DNA of 64,000 nt from Candidatus Kerfeldbacteria bacterium (GTDB taxonomy: Bacteria > Patescibacteriota > Patescibacteriia > UBA10025 > JAHIVO01). A program made the translations under genes and the position numbers. Each line of letters opens with the position of its first letter. Position 1 is the stretch's first letter. The notes beneath the pieces were generated by a model that made no database searches, was not told the origin of the DNA, and was given only the letters and a program-made list of their open reading frames with translations. Below are positions 49,649 through 59,180 of this stretch, piece by piece. The stretch spans positions 792,007 to 856,006 of the forward strand of contig JACROE010000002.1 in NCBI GenBank assembly GCA_016214565.1, in the 5' to 3' direction.

Positions 49649-49863
49649 GCGGCCCTCCATGGTCGGTGAGTGGTTTTATTTTTGAAAGAATATGGAGTGA
49701 TTGTAGGCGCCTGAACGGTGAATGTCAATAATTATTTTCAGTAAACTCTTGACAACGTAGGATATTATTGGTATAGTGGTCGGTAAACATTTCAATGCTC
49801 AAAACGAGCAGCGAAAACTAAAAAAGAAAAAACGTTAATTACATACAACTTGGAGGACAAGTC

Positions 49864-50433
49864 ATGTGCGATCAAGCTTTCCCGCATTTCTATAGAGTAG
49901 GCGGGTGTGCTCGTGCGTTACATCTGCGGCGGCTTCAGTATGTGAGGCGGCAATTTGACGAAACGGTCGCGGATCCGCGCCAACTAGCGTCCCAGGACTA
50001 TGCCTGGGTGGAGCGTCACTCCCGGTTTGCTGAAAATCTCAGGGAAAAATGGGTGGCCGCTGTTTCGTCGCAGTTTTTTCAGACGGGCATTCATTTGCGA
50101 AATCTCTGGAATGACCAGTTTTATTTCCGCATTCCGCGACGAGTGCCTTTCCCTAAGGTTCAGATTCTGGGAGCGAAAGCATTTTTAAACGAGTGCCCGC
50201 TGTGTTGCACGACATCAGTTGAGTTGCTCAGGTTAACTAGTGGTGATGCTACGCTATCACATTCGCGGGTTCGTTGGCTCTTTATGGGGTCGGTTGATCC
50301 GTCGCGGTGCACGCATCATGTGCCGGTTGATGATGTTTCATGGAAGATAATCAACAACGCACTGTATCTGTTTTGTTCAGATACAGTGAAGGAGGTTCAT
50401 GAGGAAGTCATTTGTTCTCAGGTGTGCGGGTAA
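49864..50433 (+). CDS. 189-aa orphan protein, Cys/His-rich
   Basis: TTGACA(49749)-N17-TATAGT; GGAGG-N7-ATG. Confidence 0.6.
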   Translation: MCDQAFPHFYRVGGCARALHLRRLQYVRRQFDETVADPRQLASQDYAWVERHSRFAENLREKWVAAVSSQFFQTGIHLRNLWNDQFYFRIPRRVPFPKVQILGAKAFLNECPLCCTTSVELLRLTSGDATLSHSRVRWLFMGSVDPSRCTHHVPVDDVSWKIINNALYLFCSDTVKEVHEEVICSQVCG

Positions 50434-50611
50434 TGCATGGCGCGCCACTGTCCGTTTTCTCCGCAGACGAGAGAAATTTACCTATCAGGGGGTTGGAGTC
50501 TGTCTCAAACGAGGACGTCATAACCTCGATGAAATGAAGACTGGAGATCAATTCTGTCGGGTCTGCCATCAGGTAAATCCAAGTCAACTATCAGGGGATT
50601 CACGCAAGTGA
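50399..50611 (+). CDS. Possible 70-aa overlapping basic protein with C..H..CxxC
   Basis: AAGGAGG 3 nt before the ATG; ends in terminator GGGATTCAC..GTGAATCCC. Confidence 0.4.
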   Translation: MRKSFVLRCAGNAWRATVRFLRRREKFTYQGVGVCLKRGRHNLDEMKTGDQFCRVCHQVNPSQLSGDSRK

Positions 50612-50654
50612 ATCCCTTCTTTTTTTATTTAAATAATTACGTTATACTAGCAGT

Positions 50655-51251
50655 ATGCAATTCACCCTCCGACTTCATCGCGCTTTCATGACCGCTGCCC
50701 GGTTGCATGGAGGCCAACGACGCAAAACGGACGACATACCATACGTGACCCATTCTTATGCTGCAGCCTTTATCGTATCTCAGCATACGCAGGATGAGGA
50801 TATTATTATTGCAACCATTCTTCACGATGTGATTGAGGACGTGGCTGGTTATTCTACTCAAGAGATGACTCGAGATTTTGGGGAGCGGGTGACCTCATTA
50901 GTACTTCAAGTGAGCGACCCGGAAAAAGTTCCAGATATGACTTCAGCAGATGAGCGTGCTACATGGGAAACTCGCAAAACTAATTTTATTGAACATTTGC
51001 GGAAAGCCAGTTCTGATGCCCTGATGATTGTGGCTGCAGACAAGCTGCATAATATGGTGTCTACGGTAGAGGCATATGGGCGTCATGGCAAAAGTATTTT
51101 CAAGAAATTTAATTCGCCGATTGTTCGGCGGCAGTGGTTTCATGGCGAGGTCGTCGCATTAGTGAAGCAGAAGCTTCATAACGCTTTGGCGGATGAGCTA
51201 GAGCAAGTGTATCGAGAGGCAAATCGAGCGCTTGACGTCAGCAATAGTTGA
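50655..51251 (+). CDS. HD-domain protein, Mesh1/small alarmone hydrolase-like
   Basis: H.GQRRK..PYVTH, ILHDVIED, FGERV..LV, ADKLHN. Confidence 0.85.
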   Translation: MQFTLRLHRAFMTAARLHGGQRRKTDDIPYVTHSYAAAFIVSQHTQDEDIIIATILHDVIEDVAGYSTQEMTRDFGERVTSLVLQVSDPEKVPDMTSADERATWETRKTNFIEHLRKASSDALMIVAADKLHNMVSTVEAYGRHGKSIFKKFNSPIVRRQWFHGEVVALVKQKLHNALADELEQVYREANRALDVSNS

Positions 51252-51300
51252 TAGTAGGATTTTAAAAAATAGTACCATCCCCACAACCACGGAGGTCATA

Positions 51301-51519
51301 ATGCAGAATGCTTCAGGAACGAGGCAAGTTGTTATTCAGTGTCGGCTGTGCCCGAAAACGTTTATCGCCGATGATAAGATGGCGATCCCCCCGAGCCACA
51401 CAAATGGCAAAGGAAACTTTTGCTTCGGATCATATGATCCGGGGGAATTCAAGTGCTATGCTGATGAGTATCCGAAACCCGGCGTGGCTCGTCCAGAAAA
51501 CATTGAAGTTCACGTCTGA
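51301..51519 (+). CDS. C2HC zinc-ribbon small protein
   Basis: CRLC-x15-H-x7-CFGS; TTGACG(51232)-N17-TAGGAT; GGAGG SD; terminator AAACCGC..GCGGTTT. Confidence 0.65.
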   Translation: MQNASGTRQVVIQCRLCPKTFIADDKMAIPPSHTNGKGNFCFGSYDPGEFKCYADEYPKPGVARPENIEVHV

Positions 51520-51676
51520 GTCACATTTTCTGTCATCAGTATTGCAAACCGCTTGTTGTTAATTCAACCGGCGGTTTATTATTTGCATTAGCCACGGTAC
51601 TGCGGTAAGGTAATGTAATTAATAAAATCAAAACAGAAATCGCCTTTTAAAACCCTTATTTTTGGAGGAATTAGTC

Positions 51677-52279
51677 ATGAACATGCGTAAAATTACCCGC
51701 GCCCTTATATCCGTTTCGGATAAGGCAAACTTGACCGGTTTGGTCGCCAGTTTGCACAGCCATGGTGTGGAAATTATTTCCACCGGCGGCACATTCAAAG
51801 CGATTCAGCAGGTTGGTATCCCCGTCATTCCGGTGAGCGACTTCACTGGCTCTCCTGAAGTGATGGATGGTCGCGTTAAGACCATTCATCCGAAAATCGC
51901 CGGCGGCATCCTCTTCCGAAGAGAAGAGACGAATGACTGGTATGCACTAGGTCAGCTGGGTGGTAAGCCCATTGACCTGGTCGTGGTCAATCTGTATCCC
52001 TTCCGGGAGAAAGTTGCGGCTGGTGCCTCGCACGCGGAAATTGTTGAGAATATCGACATTGGTGGGCCGTCACTACTCCGTGCCGCGGCGAAAAACTACG
52101 ATGACGTAGCCGTCATTACCGAGCCGGGCGATTATATTCGCTTGATGACGCAACTCGATGCCAATGACGGACAGACTGAACTGGCATTTCGGGAGGAATG
52201 CGCGGGGAAGGCATACACACTGACAGCTGCGTATGATAAAGAAATTGCGAAATACTTCGCGAGCTGTCAGGCGCGATAA
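51677..52279 (+). CDS. IMP cyclohydrolase (PurH N-terminal MGS-like domain only)
   Basis: RALISVSDK, ISTGGT, DGRVKTIHP, VVVNLYPF, IDIGGPSLLRAAAKN; stops before the AICAR transformylase domain. Confidence 0.9.
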   Translation: MNMRKITRALISVSDKANLTGLVASLHSHGVEIISTGGTFKAIQQVGIPVIPVSDFTGSPEVMDGRVKTIHPKIAGGILFRREETNDWYALGQLGGKPIDLVVVNLYPFREKVAAGASHAEIVENIDIGGPSLLRAAAKNYDDVAVITEPGDYIRLMTQLDANDGQTELAFREECAGKAYTLTAAYDKEIAKYFASCQAR

Positions 52280-52442
52280 GCCTATTCTTGAGCACGAGCT
52301 GCGTGCCAGACCGCTGGATGTTTATTCATTCGGCGGTTTTATTATTTGCCAAGTTTTATGACTAGGTATAAGATACTCAAATTACAGAAATATACATAGT
52401 TTCCTTACCATAAACGCCTCTCATGATGAGGGGAGAAAGAGA

Positions 52443-53591
52443 GTGAATCTCATGGATTCGCAGAATGTGCAATTTGCCGATCAATTGGTGAATTATTGTA
52501 CTGAAGTCAAACCGGGCGAACTCGTGATCATTCAGGCAAATGATGGTACTCCATACGACCTGATTGATGCAGTGATTGACTCGGTCAATCGTGCGGGCGG
52601 CAGTGTCGCTGCGGTCTGGTTGAATTCTGATCGCGTTACGCGAAAGGTATTCAGCCAGCTGACGCCGCATGCTGAGCGCATCTGTCATGCTGGACCGCTG
52701 GTCCAGGCCATGGCGACGCAGGTGTGCATCGTCTTTCGGGGTTTCGATAACATCTACGAATGGGTCGACGTGCCGAGAGACAAAATGCGTCTCGCCTCAA
52801 GCGGTATGGGGAAGCATCTCCAGGATCAGCGCATTCAGCACACCCGTTGGATCCTCACTCGAATGTGGACGCCGGGTATGGCACAGCTGGCAGGCATGAG
52901 CCAGTCGGCATTTCATGACTATTACATGAAGACAGTGCTGCTGGACTACGGTCGGATGTCGCGGGCCATGGATCCGCTGTTTGATCTGGTCAATCAGACC
53001 GAAGATGTGCGGATCAAGGGTCCGGGCAAAACCAACCTCCGATTCAGTATCGCAGGGATTGGTGCCGTCAAATGCGACGGCAAGCGGAATATTCCCGATG
53101 GGGAAGTCTACACGGCGCCGGTACGTGAATCAATGAATGGCGTGATTCAGTATAATACCGTCACGGTGACCAAGGAGGGTCAGCGGTTCGAAAATGTCTG
53201 CTTCGAAGTGAAACGGGGTAAGATCATCAAGGCCACCTGTGGTTCTGGTGACGAGCGTCGACTGAATGATTTCCTCGACACTGACGAGGGTGCGCGCTAT
53301 TTCGGCGAATTTGCCTTTGGGGTCAATCCCCACATCCTGATGCCGATCGGTGAGACCCTCTTCGACGAGAAGATCGCTGGTTCGTTCCACCTCACCCCTG
53401 GCCAGTCCTATACTGGCACGCCGGCTGAAAACGGGAACAACAGCGCTATCCATTGGGATATCGTCTGTATCCAGCGTCCTGAATTCGGCGGTGGAGAAAT
53501 CTGGTTCGATGGAAAGCTCATTCGAAAGAACGGTCTCTTCGTTCCGAAGCGGCTGCTCGGACTGAATCCTGATCAGCTGATAGCTGCTTAA
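52443..53591 (+). CDS. M29 aminopeptidase (AmpS/PepS family)
   Basis: NIPDGEVYTAP, DEGARYFGEFAFGVN, LFDEKIAGSFHL, SAIHWD. Confidence 0.92.
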   Translation: MNLMDSQNVQFADQLVNYCTEVKPGELVIIQANDGTPYDLIDAVIDSVNRAGGSVAAVWLNSDRVTRKVFSQLTPHAERICHAGPLVQAMATQVCIVFRGFDNIYEWVDVPRDKMRLASSGMGKHLQDQRIQHTRWILTRMWTPGMAQLAGMSQSAFHDYYMKTVLLDYGRMSRAMDPLFDLVNQTEDVRIKGPGKTNLRFSIAGIGAVKCDGKRNIPDGEVYTAPVRESMNGVIQYNTVTVTKEGQRFENVCFEVKRGKIIKATCGSGDERRLNDFLDTDEGARYFGEFAFGVNPHILMPIGETLFDEKIAGSFHLTPGQSYTGTPAENGNNSAIHWDIVCIQRPEFGGGEIWFDGKLIRKNGLFVPKRLLGLNPDQLIAA

Positions 53592-53617
53592 TCTCTATCC
53601 TCTCGTTTTTTCCCGCG

Positions 53618-53645
53618 CCCGCTGTTCGACTATTGGACAGCGGGT
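53618..53645 (+). repeat. 28-bp direct repeat, copy 1 (aminopeptidase terminator)
   Basis: CCCGCTGTTCGACTATTGGACAGCGGGT followed by ATTTTTTT; identical to 56734-56761. Confidence 0.92.
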
Positions 53646-53825
53646 ATTTTTTTGTAAGTTGAAAGGTAATTTGACGATTTTTCATGGGTACGCTAGGGTG
53701 AAAATAGATAGAAAAAAAGAACATTAACAACCTTCATAATACCCGAAGGGGGTGATTTTTTGTCCAGTTTGATACGTCGTTACGTGAATTCTGAACTTAA
53801 ACCAAGCATGAAAAAGGAGTAAATC

Positions 53826-56576
53826 ATGCGAAACCTGATTAGTAAACCACTGTGTTGGCTTTTGTGCTGCCTGCTGCTCGTCCAGCCGATGATCAGCTGC
53901 AACAAGAAGCCGACGGAACCTGAACCAAAGCCGGAGCCAAAGGTGACTTTTGTCGCCGACTATAATCTGCCGTTGTTTGCAAAAAAGTTATCTTCGATCC
54001 AATTGCAAGATCTGGGGACTGATCCGACAGTACAGCAGGTTCAGCAAGCCCAGAGCCTTTCAAAATCTTTCGAATTTAACGATATCGGTATGCACTTGAA
54101 TGGACCCGAGTGGAGTAAACCGTGTCCACAGGATGGATGTTTTGATCCACCATGTGAACCTTCACTAGCAGGTCGGTCATTGTATCACTACAACTGTATC
54201 ATCTACATCAAAGTTTTGGATCGATGGGATGGCAATACACCAATTTTCAAAAATAAAAATATTGCCAACATCCATCTTTACCAGAATCCAGACCGACCGA
54301 ACTGCTGGGGCGCTGTTGAGTACACAACTGGTTATTGTATTTCATCAGAAAAACTCTGTGGCAAGCCGCCACACGAGGTCTTTATTGCGACGTTGCAAGC
54401 CGTTCTCGAACGCTTGGCTAATATTGGAGCTATTACTCTTCAGCAAATCGATGATGCACGCAAAGGGCTAGGTCTGACTCCTGAATTAGCTGCCGTTATT
54501 TTAATCGTAGGGTTAGTTTCAGCGGGTTATATCGCCGTTGCTGGATCTTTGCTTTCCGCTGCTGGTGCTATTCTGGTAGAACTCGGTATTTCAACTGAAG
54601 CTGCTGGTGGATTTGCTGCTGTATTTTTGGTCGGTATTAATATCAATAATCCACCAGAAACGCATGATCCGCTGGCCAGTATTAATGAAGCACCGACAAT
54701 TTGTCAGGTTAATACTTCGCAAAAATTTGTATTTTCCGGACAATATTGTGAAGAGATCGCAATCTCCTACGACGGCGGTTATACAGTCGAGTACTTCTTT
54801 CCCCAAGACCTACCGAAGACCACATGGCACACTTTCAACTCGGCCGGCACCTACGAAATTCGTAACACTGCCTATGGTAATGGCAAATGGTCTCCGACAG
54901 TGAAGCGGTATGTTACCGTTACTGATCCGGTGACTAATCTGCCTCCGGTCTCCAATCCCTCATGCCCCGGTACGGCCATCGTCAACCAACCGGTTTCAGT
55001 CACAAACAACGCGACTGATGCGGATGGCACGGTAACCGAATACCGATGGCGCGGCGAGTTCGGCAACTTCACCACTACTACGAAGCAGACCAACGTCACG
55101 TTCACGTCGACAGGAACAAAGGTGGTCTACATGTCGGCGAAGGATGATGACGGCGCGTGGGGACAGGAACCGTTCTGTACTATTGATGTTTCTTCAGTCG
55201 TAATTAATCAACCTCCTGTCGCTTGCTTTTCGGCAAGTCCAGCCTCAGGCACGACTGAAACGACATTCAATTTGGACGCCGATTGTTCCACTGACGACAA
55301 GACCCCGCTGGCAAACCTCCAGGTTCGCTGGCAGATTGATGGCAGCTGGACAGGATTTACCACCACCAAGACGATAAGTAAGAAATGGTCCACTTATGGG
55401 ACCAAGACAGTTATCGTCGAGGTGAAGGACGGCGATGGTTTGACCGACCAGGAAACGAAAACAATCCAGGTCGACAATCCCGGCCCGACTACCGGTACGA
55501 TCGAGGTAAGTCCGAATCCCTCCACGGCAAGCTGGGACATCACACCTGGCGGATACACGGGAAGCGGCTATCAGTCGATTCCTAATGTCGCGCCTGGCGA
55601 GTATCATATTACCTGGCATTCACTATCTGGTTATGAGACTCCAGCAGGAGAGTATAAGACGTTGCAGGCAGGTAAAACCATCACTTTCAGCGTTAATTAT
55701 ACTCCGAGCAGCACGCCAATTGACTTCACTCCAACCAGTATTCCAGATGCGACCCTCCTGCAGTATTATGAAGTAACATTCGTAAGCACTGGCGGGACGC
55801 CCGGGTATGGCGTCGCTTTTTCCTTGAGCGGTAGCTTGCCTGGATTGTCATTCAGGAACAATGCTGACGGTACTGCGACACTCTATGGCACGCCTAACGT
55901 CTTGGGTTCATATCCGATCACCATCACCGTGGTGGACAAGGGTAACCTGCAGAACAAAAAGTGGTGCGACTATACTCTCGTCGTGAAATCGGCGGTCGGC
56001 AAGCTTGTTGTCGACCCAGCTGTCTTGAATATGGGCAGCGACCTCAGTTTGGCATACTCGACCGCATCCAATGCCAACAACAATGGTCCGATTACATTTT
56101 CCTTGTCGTCCAACCAAACCTGGTTGACCACATTTCCTTCTTCTGTCGGTACCACCACTCAGGAGATCAAAGTCATGGTCAGCCGGTCGGGCTTGTCTGA
56201 TGGGCAGTATAACGGGCGGATTACACTTTCGTCCTCGGGCGGGACGGCGTACATAGATGTCGAGATGACAGTGGCAACTGGCTGCGTTATGTCTCCGGAT
56301 ATGATTTCGCCGATCAACGGTCAGAATTTGGATCTGACCGATCCCGTATTTTCCTGGAGTAAAGTCTGTCAGGAAGCGGGCAAGTTCTATGCTGTTATCG
56401 TTAAGACCGAAAGTTACTACGGTGATGTCGTGTTTTTTGAGGATTTCGACTACCGGGATACCTACGTTAGATATACTGGTAGCAGCCTCCAGACGTACCG
56501 GACATACTATTGGTTCTTAACCGATGCCTATGGCACGCCGGTGACTGGCATTGAATCTTTCTATGTCATTCCTTAG
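53826..56576 (+). CDS. Large lipoprotein with a Cys-rich N-domain, hydrophobic hairpin and PKD/Ig/BACON-like repeats
   Basis: Lipobox-like MISC-NKKPTEP; NLPPV/NQPPVA..DADG/DGDG PKD-like repeats; LPGLSF..GTP Ig-like; SNQTWL BACON-like. Confidence 0.75.
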   Translation: MRNLISKPLCWLLCCLLLVQPMISCNKKPTEPEPKPEPKVTFVADYNLPLFAKKLSSIQLQDLGTDPTVQQVQQAQSLSKSFEFNDIGMHLNGPEWSKPCPQDGCFDPPCEPSLAGRSLYHYNCIIYIKVLDRWDGNTPIFKNKNIANIHLYQNPDRPNCWGAVEYTTGYCISSEKLCGKPPHEVFIATLQAVLERLANIGAITLQQIDDARKGLGLTPELAAVILIVGLVSAGYIAVAGSLLSAAGAILVELGISTEAAGGFAAVFLVGININNPPETHDPLASINEAPTICQVNTSQKFVFSGQYCEEIAISYDGGYTVEYFFPQDLPKTTWHTFNSAGTYEIRNTAYGNGKWSPTVKRYVTVTDPVTNLPPVSNPSCPGTAIVNQPVSVTNNATDADGTVTEYRWRGEFGNFTTTTKQTNVTFTSTGTKVVYMSAKDDDGAWGQEPFCTIDVSSVVINQPPVACFSASPASGTTETTFNLDADCSTDDKTPLANLQVRWQIDGSWTGFTTTKTISKKWSTYGTKTVIVEVKDGDGLTDQETKTIQVDNPGPTTGTIEVSPNPSTASWDITPGGYTGSGYQSIPNVAPGEYHITWHSLSGYETPAGEYKTLQAGKTITFSVNYTPSSTPIDFTPTSIPDATLLQYYEVTFVSTGGTPGYGVAFSLSGSLPGLSFRNNADGTATLYGTPNVLGSYPITITVVDKGNLQNKKWCDYTLVVKSAVGKLVVDPAVLNMGSDLSLAYSTASNANNNGPITFSLSSNQTWLTTFPSSVGTTTQEIKVMVSRSGLSDGQYNGRITLSSSGGTAYIDVEMTVATGCVMSPDMISPINGQNLDLTDPVFSWSKVCQEAGKFYAVIVKTESYYGDVVFFEDFDYRDTYVRYTGSSLQTYRTYYWFLTDAYGTPVTGIESFYVIP

Positions 56577-56733
56577 TTCGCAAAGCACCTTTTAACCTTT
56601 TTGGCAGAAGACACCAGTCTTCTGCCATTTTTATTTCAATTAAAGTTAAGGGATACAACAAGCTCAGGGTTTCGATTGGCTGAAAATAACTATTGCTTCA
56701 TTCTTTTTTTTGAGTATTGCTATTGAGCATTCA

Positions 56734-56761
56734 CCCGCTGTTCGACTATTGGACAGCGGGT
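56734..56761 (+). repeat. 28-bp direct repeat, copy 2
   Basis: CCCGCTGTTCGACTATTGGACAGCGGGT followed by TCTTTT. Confidence 0.92.
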
Positions 56762-56829
56762 TCTTTTAAAAAAAATCCCCGTCGCGCTGTATACACAACG
56801 GACGGGGAGAAAGAGCCTGTGATGAATGG

Positions 56830-57675
56830 TTAATAGAGAGTGATCCGGAGCATGAGCGTGGCAATCATGAGATTGACCATACCGAGGTCAATGACTCGAT
56901 AGCGATTTGAGACATAGGAGCCGGGGAGCAATCGCTTGGCGAGATTAATCATGAAATACATGCCAATCAAGAAGAAGATGAAAACCGGTGCCGCAGAAAA
57001 CAGTTCCGTGTAGCGTAGCTGCAAGAGACCGCCGATGAAGCAAAGGATTGATAGGAAGAGTAGCGCGCCCGCAATTCTCTGGGTTGTTTTCATGCCAAGC
57101 GACATGACCATCGTAAATCGCTTTCCTCGATTCGCCGCCAGATCATCATTATCCTTGAGAACCTCTCGAGCTAAGTACGCACAAAAGATACCAGCCATAA
57201 GAAATGGAACAATCGGATGCATCCGATGGCCCGAGTACCAGCCCATGACGACGGGACTGACGCAAACCGACGCAATTGCCAGATTCTTAAACGGCCAATA
57301 CTGATCTAAGAAATTGGCATAGAACATGATCATTGCAAAATTGAATAGTGCAATCCAGGTACAGATTGCCGGGAGAAATACACCCGCAATGGCAATTGAA
57401 AGCAGAAATGCAATTGCGCCCGATAGAATTAATACTAGGGGTTGATTGACAATCACGAGGTCGTACCATTTTTTTGCATAAATATCATGCCGACGACCAT
57501 AGTGGAAAAGGCTAGCGCCCAGACAGCTGAAAAACATGCTGACTCCCGCGGCAACTTTTGGCTCATTAGACCAGAGTGGCCCATTTGAGAGAAGGGCGAT
57601 CAGCCAGGTGCTGAGACCTGCTATGATGCACTGCTCAATGCGTGTCACTTTATAGAGAAATTTCAAGGAACCCAT
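56830..57675 (-). CDS. UbiA-superfamily (DGGGP synthase-like) prenyltransferase homolog with a degenerate first Asp-rich motif
   Basis: Multi-TM; KNLAIA; LAREVLKDNDD...R.T; start at GGAGG-N4-ATG (57675). Confidence 0.7.
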   Translation of the reverse strand: MGSLKFLYKVTRIEQCIIAGLSTWLIALLSNGPLWSNEPKVAAGVSMFFSCLGASLFHYGRRHDIYAKKWYDLVIVNQPLVLILSGAIAFLLSIAIAGVFLPAICTWIALFNFAMIMFYANFLDQYWPFKNLAIASVCVSPVVMGWYSGHRMHPIVPFLMAGIFCAYLAREVLKDNDDLAANRGKRFTMVMSLGMKTTQRIAGALLFLSILCFIGGLLQLRYTELFSAAPVFIFFLIGMYFMINLAKRLLPGSYVSNRYRVIDLGMVNLMIATLMLRITLY

Positions 57676-57888
57676 GTTACCTCCGAAAATATATTGATGT
57701 TTGTGTATTGATGTTTCCAGCCATCTTGCCATAACCATAGCTGATTAGTCAAATGAGTACCGGCGCCTGACTCTGTGTCATAGTGGCGCTTTTTAAGGTT
57801 TTCATGGTAGGGTAAACGTTGATAGAGCATTTCGAGAGCCGTCAGTTGCAGGCAGGTAGTCGTGTGTGTTCTTGCCCTTTATTTATTA

Positions 57889-59145
57889 ATGAATACTATG
57901 ACATCAGAATCAGACAATACGTTTTATGGCCTCGGACTTGCACCAAAACTGCTCGAATTACTAGATTCCCATAAGTTCACCACGCCGACGCCGATCCAGG
58001 TGAAAACAATCCCATTGGCTATCGAGGGCAAGGACTTGATCGGTATCGCTCAGACCGGGACGGGCAAGACACTGGCATTTGGATTGCCGCTCATGCAAAA
58101 TATCGCCCGACGCAAGACGCGCGGATTAGTGGTGGTGCCGACTCGTGAATTAGCCTCACAGGTAGATGAAGTGCTGATGCAATTTGGCAAAGGCGTTGGT
58201 CTGCGTACGGCAGTCGTGGTGGGCGGCGCTTCAATGTACGCACAAACGCGAGCGCTTCAATCAACCCCGCACATTATTATCGCTACACCTGGTCGGCTGA
58301 TCGATCATTTATCATCCCGTCCGACATTGCTTCAGGATATTGGTATTGTAGTGCTGGATGAAGCAGATCGAATGTTAGACATGGGCTTTGCTCCGCAGAT
58401 TGAGAAAATTTTAGTCAAAGTTCCGAAAGATCGACAGACGCTTCTTTTTTCTGCGACCATGCCGCCGACCATCGTAACCATTGCGAATCGGCATATGCAT
58501 TTGCCTCTGCGCGTGGAGATCGCTCGTCCGGGTACCACCGTTAAAGAAATTGATCAGGAAGTTATTTTTCTCTCCGCTTATGACAAGCGAGCCATGCTCG
58601 GAAAATTATTAGAACGGTATACCGGTTCAATTTTAGTTTTTTCTCGAACAAAATGGGGCGCTAAAAAATTGACGACGGTTATTCGGGACATGGGGCATAC
58701 CGCTGCTGAGATTCATTCAAACCGCAGTTTGGCCCAGCGCAAAGGCGCGATTGATGGATTCAAAAAAGGAATTTTCCGCGTTTTAGTCGCTACTGACATT
58801 GCCGCGCGCGGCATTGATGTGAGCAATATTGAATTGGTCGTTAATTTCGATTTACCGAGTACGCCGGATGACTATGTTCATCGAATCGGCCGTACCGCGC
58901 GCGCTGGTAAAAAAGGGAAGGCCATTTCATTCGCCACGCCTGATGAACGACGGGATATCCAGGACATCGAAAGATTGATTCGTACCCAGTTGGTTGTGGC
59001 TGAAGGATCAGCAATGCCGCCAACTTCACATGCACGGACGCACGAATCAGCAGCATCAGGGCGACCTTCGCATCGGTTCCGCCCCGCCCGACCAGCTCGA
59101 AAACACGGTGGTCATAATAGTTTCAGACGGCGTCGCTACAGCTAG
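57889..59145 (+). CDS. DEAD-box RNA helicase (RhlE-like)
   Basis: PTPIQ, AQTGTGKT, PTRELA, TPGR, LDEAD, SAT, ARGID, HRIGRTAR. Confidence 0.96.
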   Translation: MNTMTSESDNTFYGLGLAPKLLELLDSHKFTTPTPIQVKTIPLAIEGKDLIGIAQTGTGKTLAFGLPLMQNIARRKTRGLVVVPTRELASQVDEVLMQFGKGVGLRTAVVVGGASMYAQTRALQSTPHIIIATPGRLIDHLSSRPTLLQDIGIVVLDEADRMLDMGFAPQIEKILVKVPKDRQTLLFSATMPPTIVTIANRHMHLPLRVEIARPGTTVKEIDQEVIFLSAYDKRAMLGKLLERYTGSILVFSRTKWGAKKLTTVIRDMGHTAAEIHSNRSLAQRKGAIDGFKKGIFRVLVATDIAARGIDVSNIELVVNFDLPSTPDDYVHRIGRTARAGKKGKAISFATPDERRDIQDIERLIRTQLVVAEGSAMPPTSHARTHESAASGRPSHRFRPARPARKHGGHNSFRRRRYS

Positions 59146-59180
59146 TATCGTAGTTTACGCGCATTACTCTATAGCAGGCT

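Noticed and set aside
43200-51600. Integron or gene-cassette array as an explanation for the run of small ORFs with hairpins
   Set aside because: No integrase; ORFs lie in both orientations with their own promoters; the hairpins have T-tracts and I saw no RYYYAAC/GTTRRRY attC ends.
43200-51600. Prophage or phage remnant
   Set aside because: No terminase, capsid, tail, integrase or replication genes; the orphans are interleaved with ordinary cellular genes.
57800-57888. Structured leader or riboswitch ahead of the DEAD-box helicase
   Set aside because: Only weak end pairing (GGGTAA/TTGCCC); no recognisable aptamer core or terminator.
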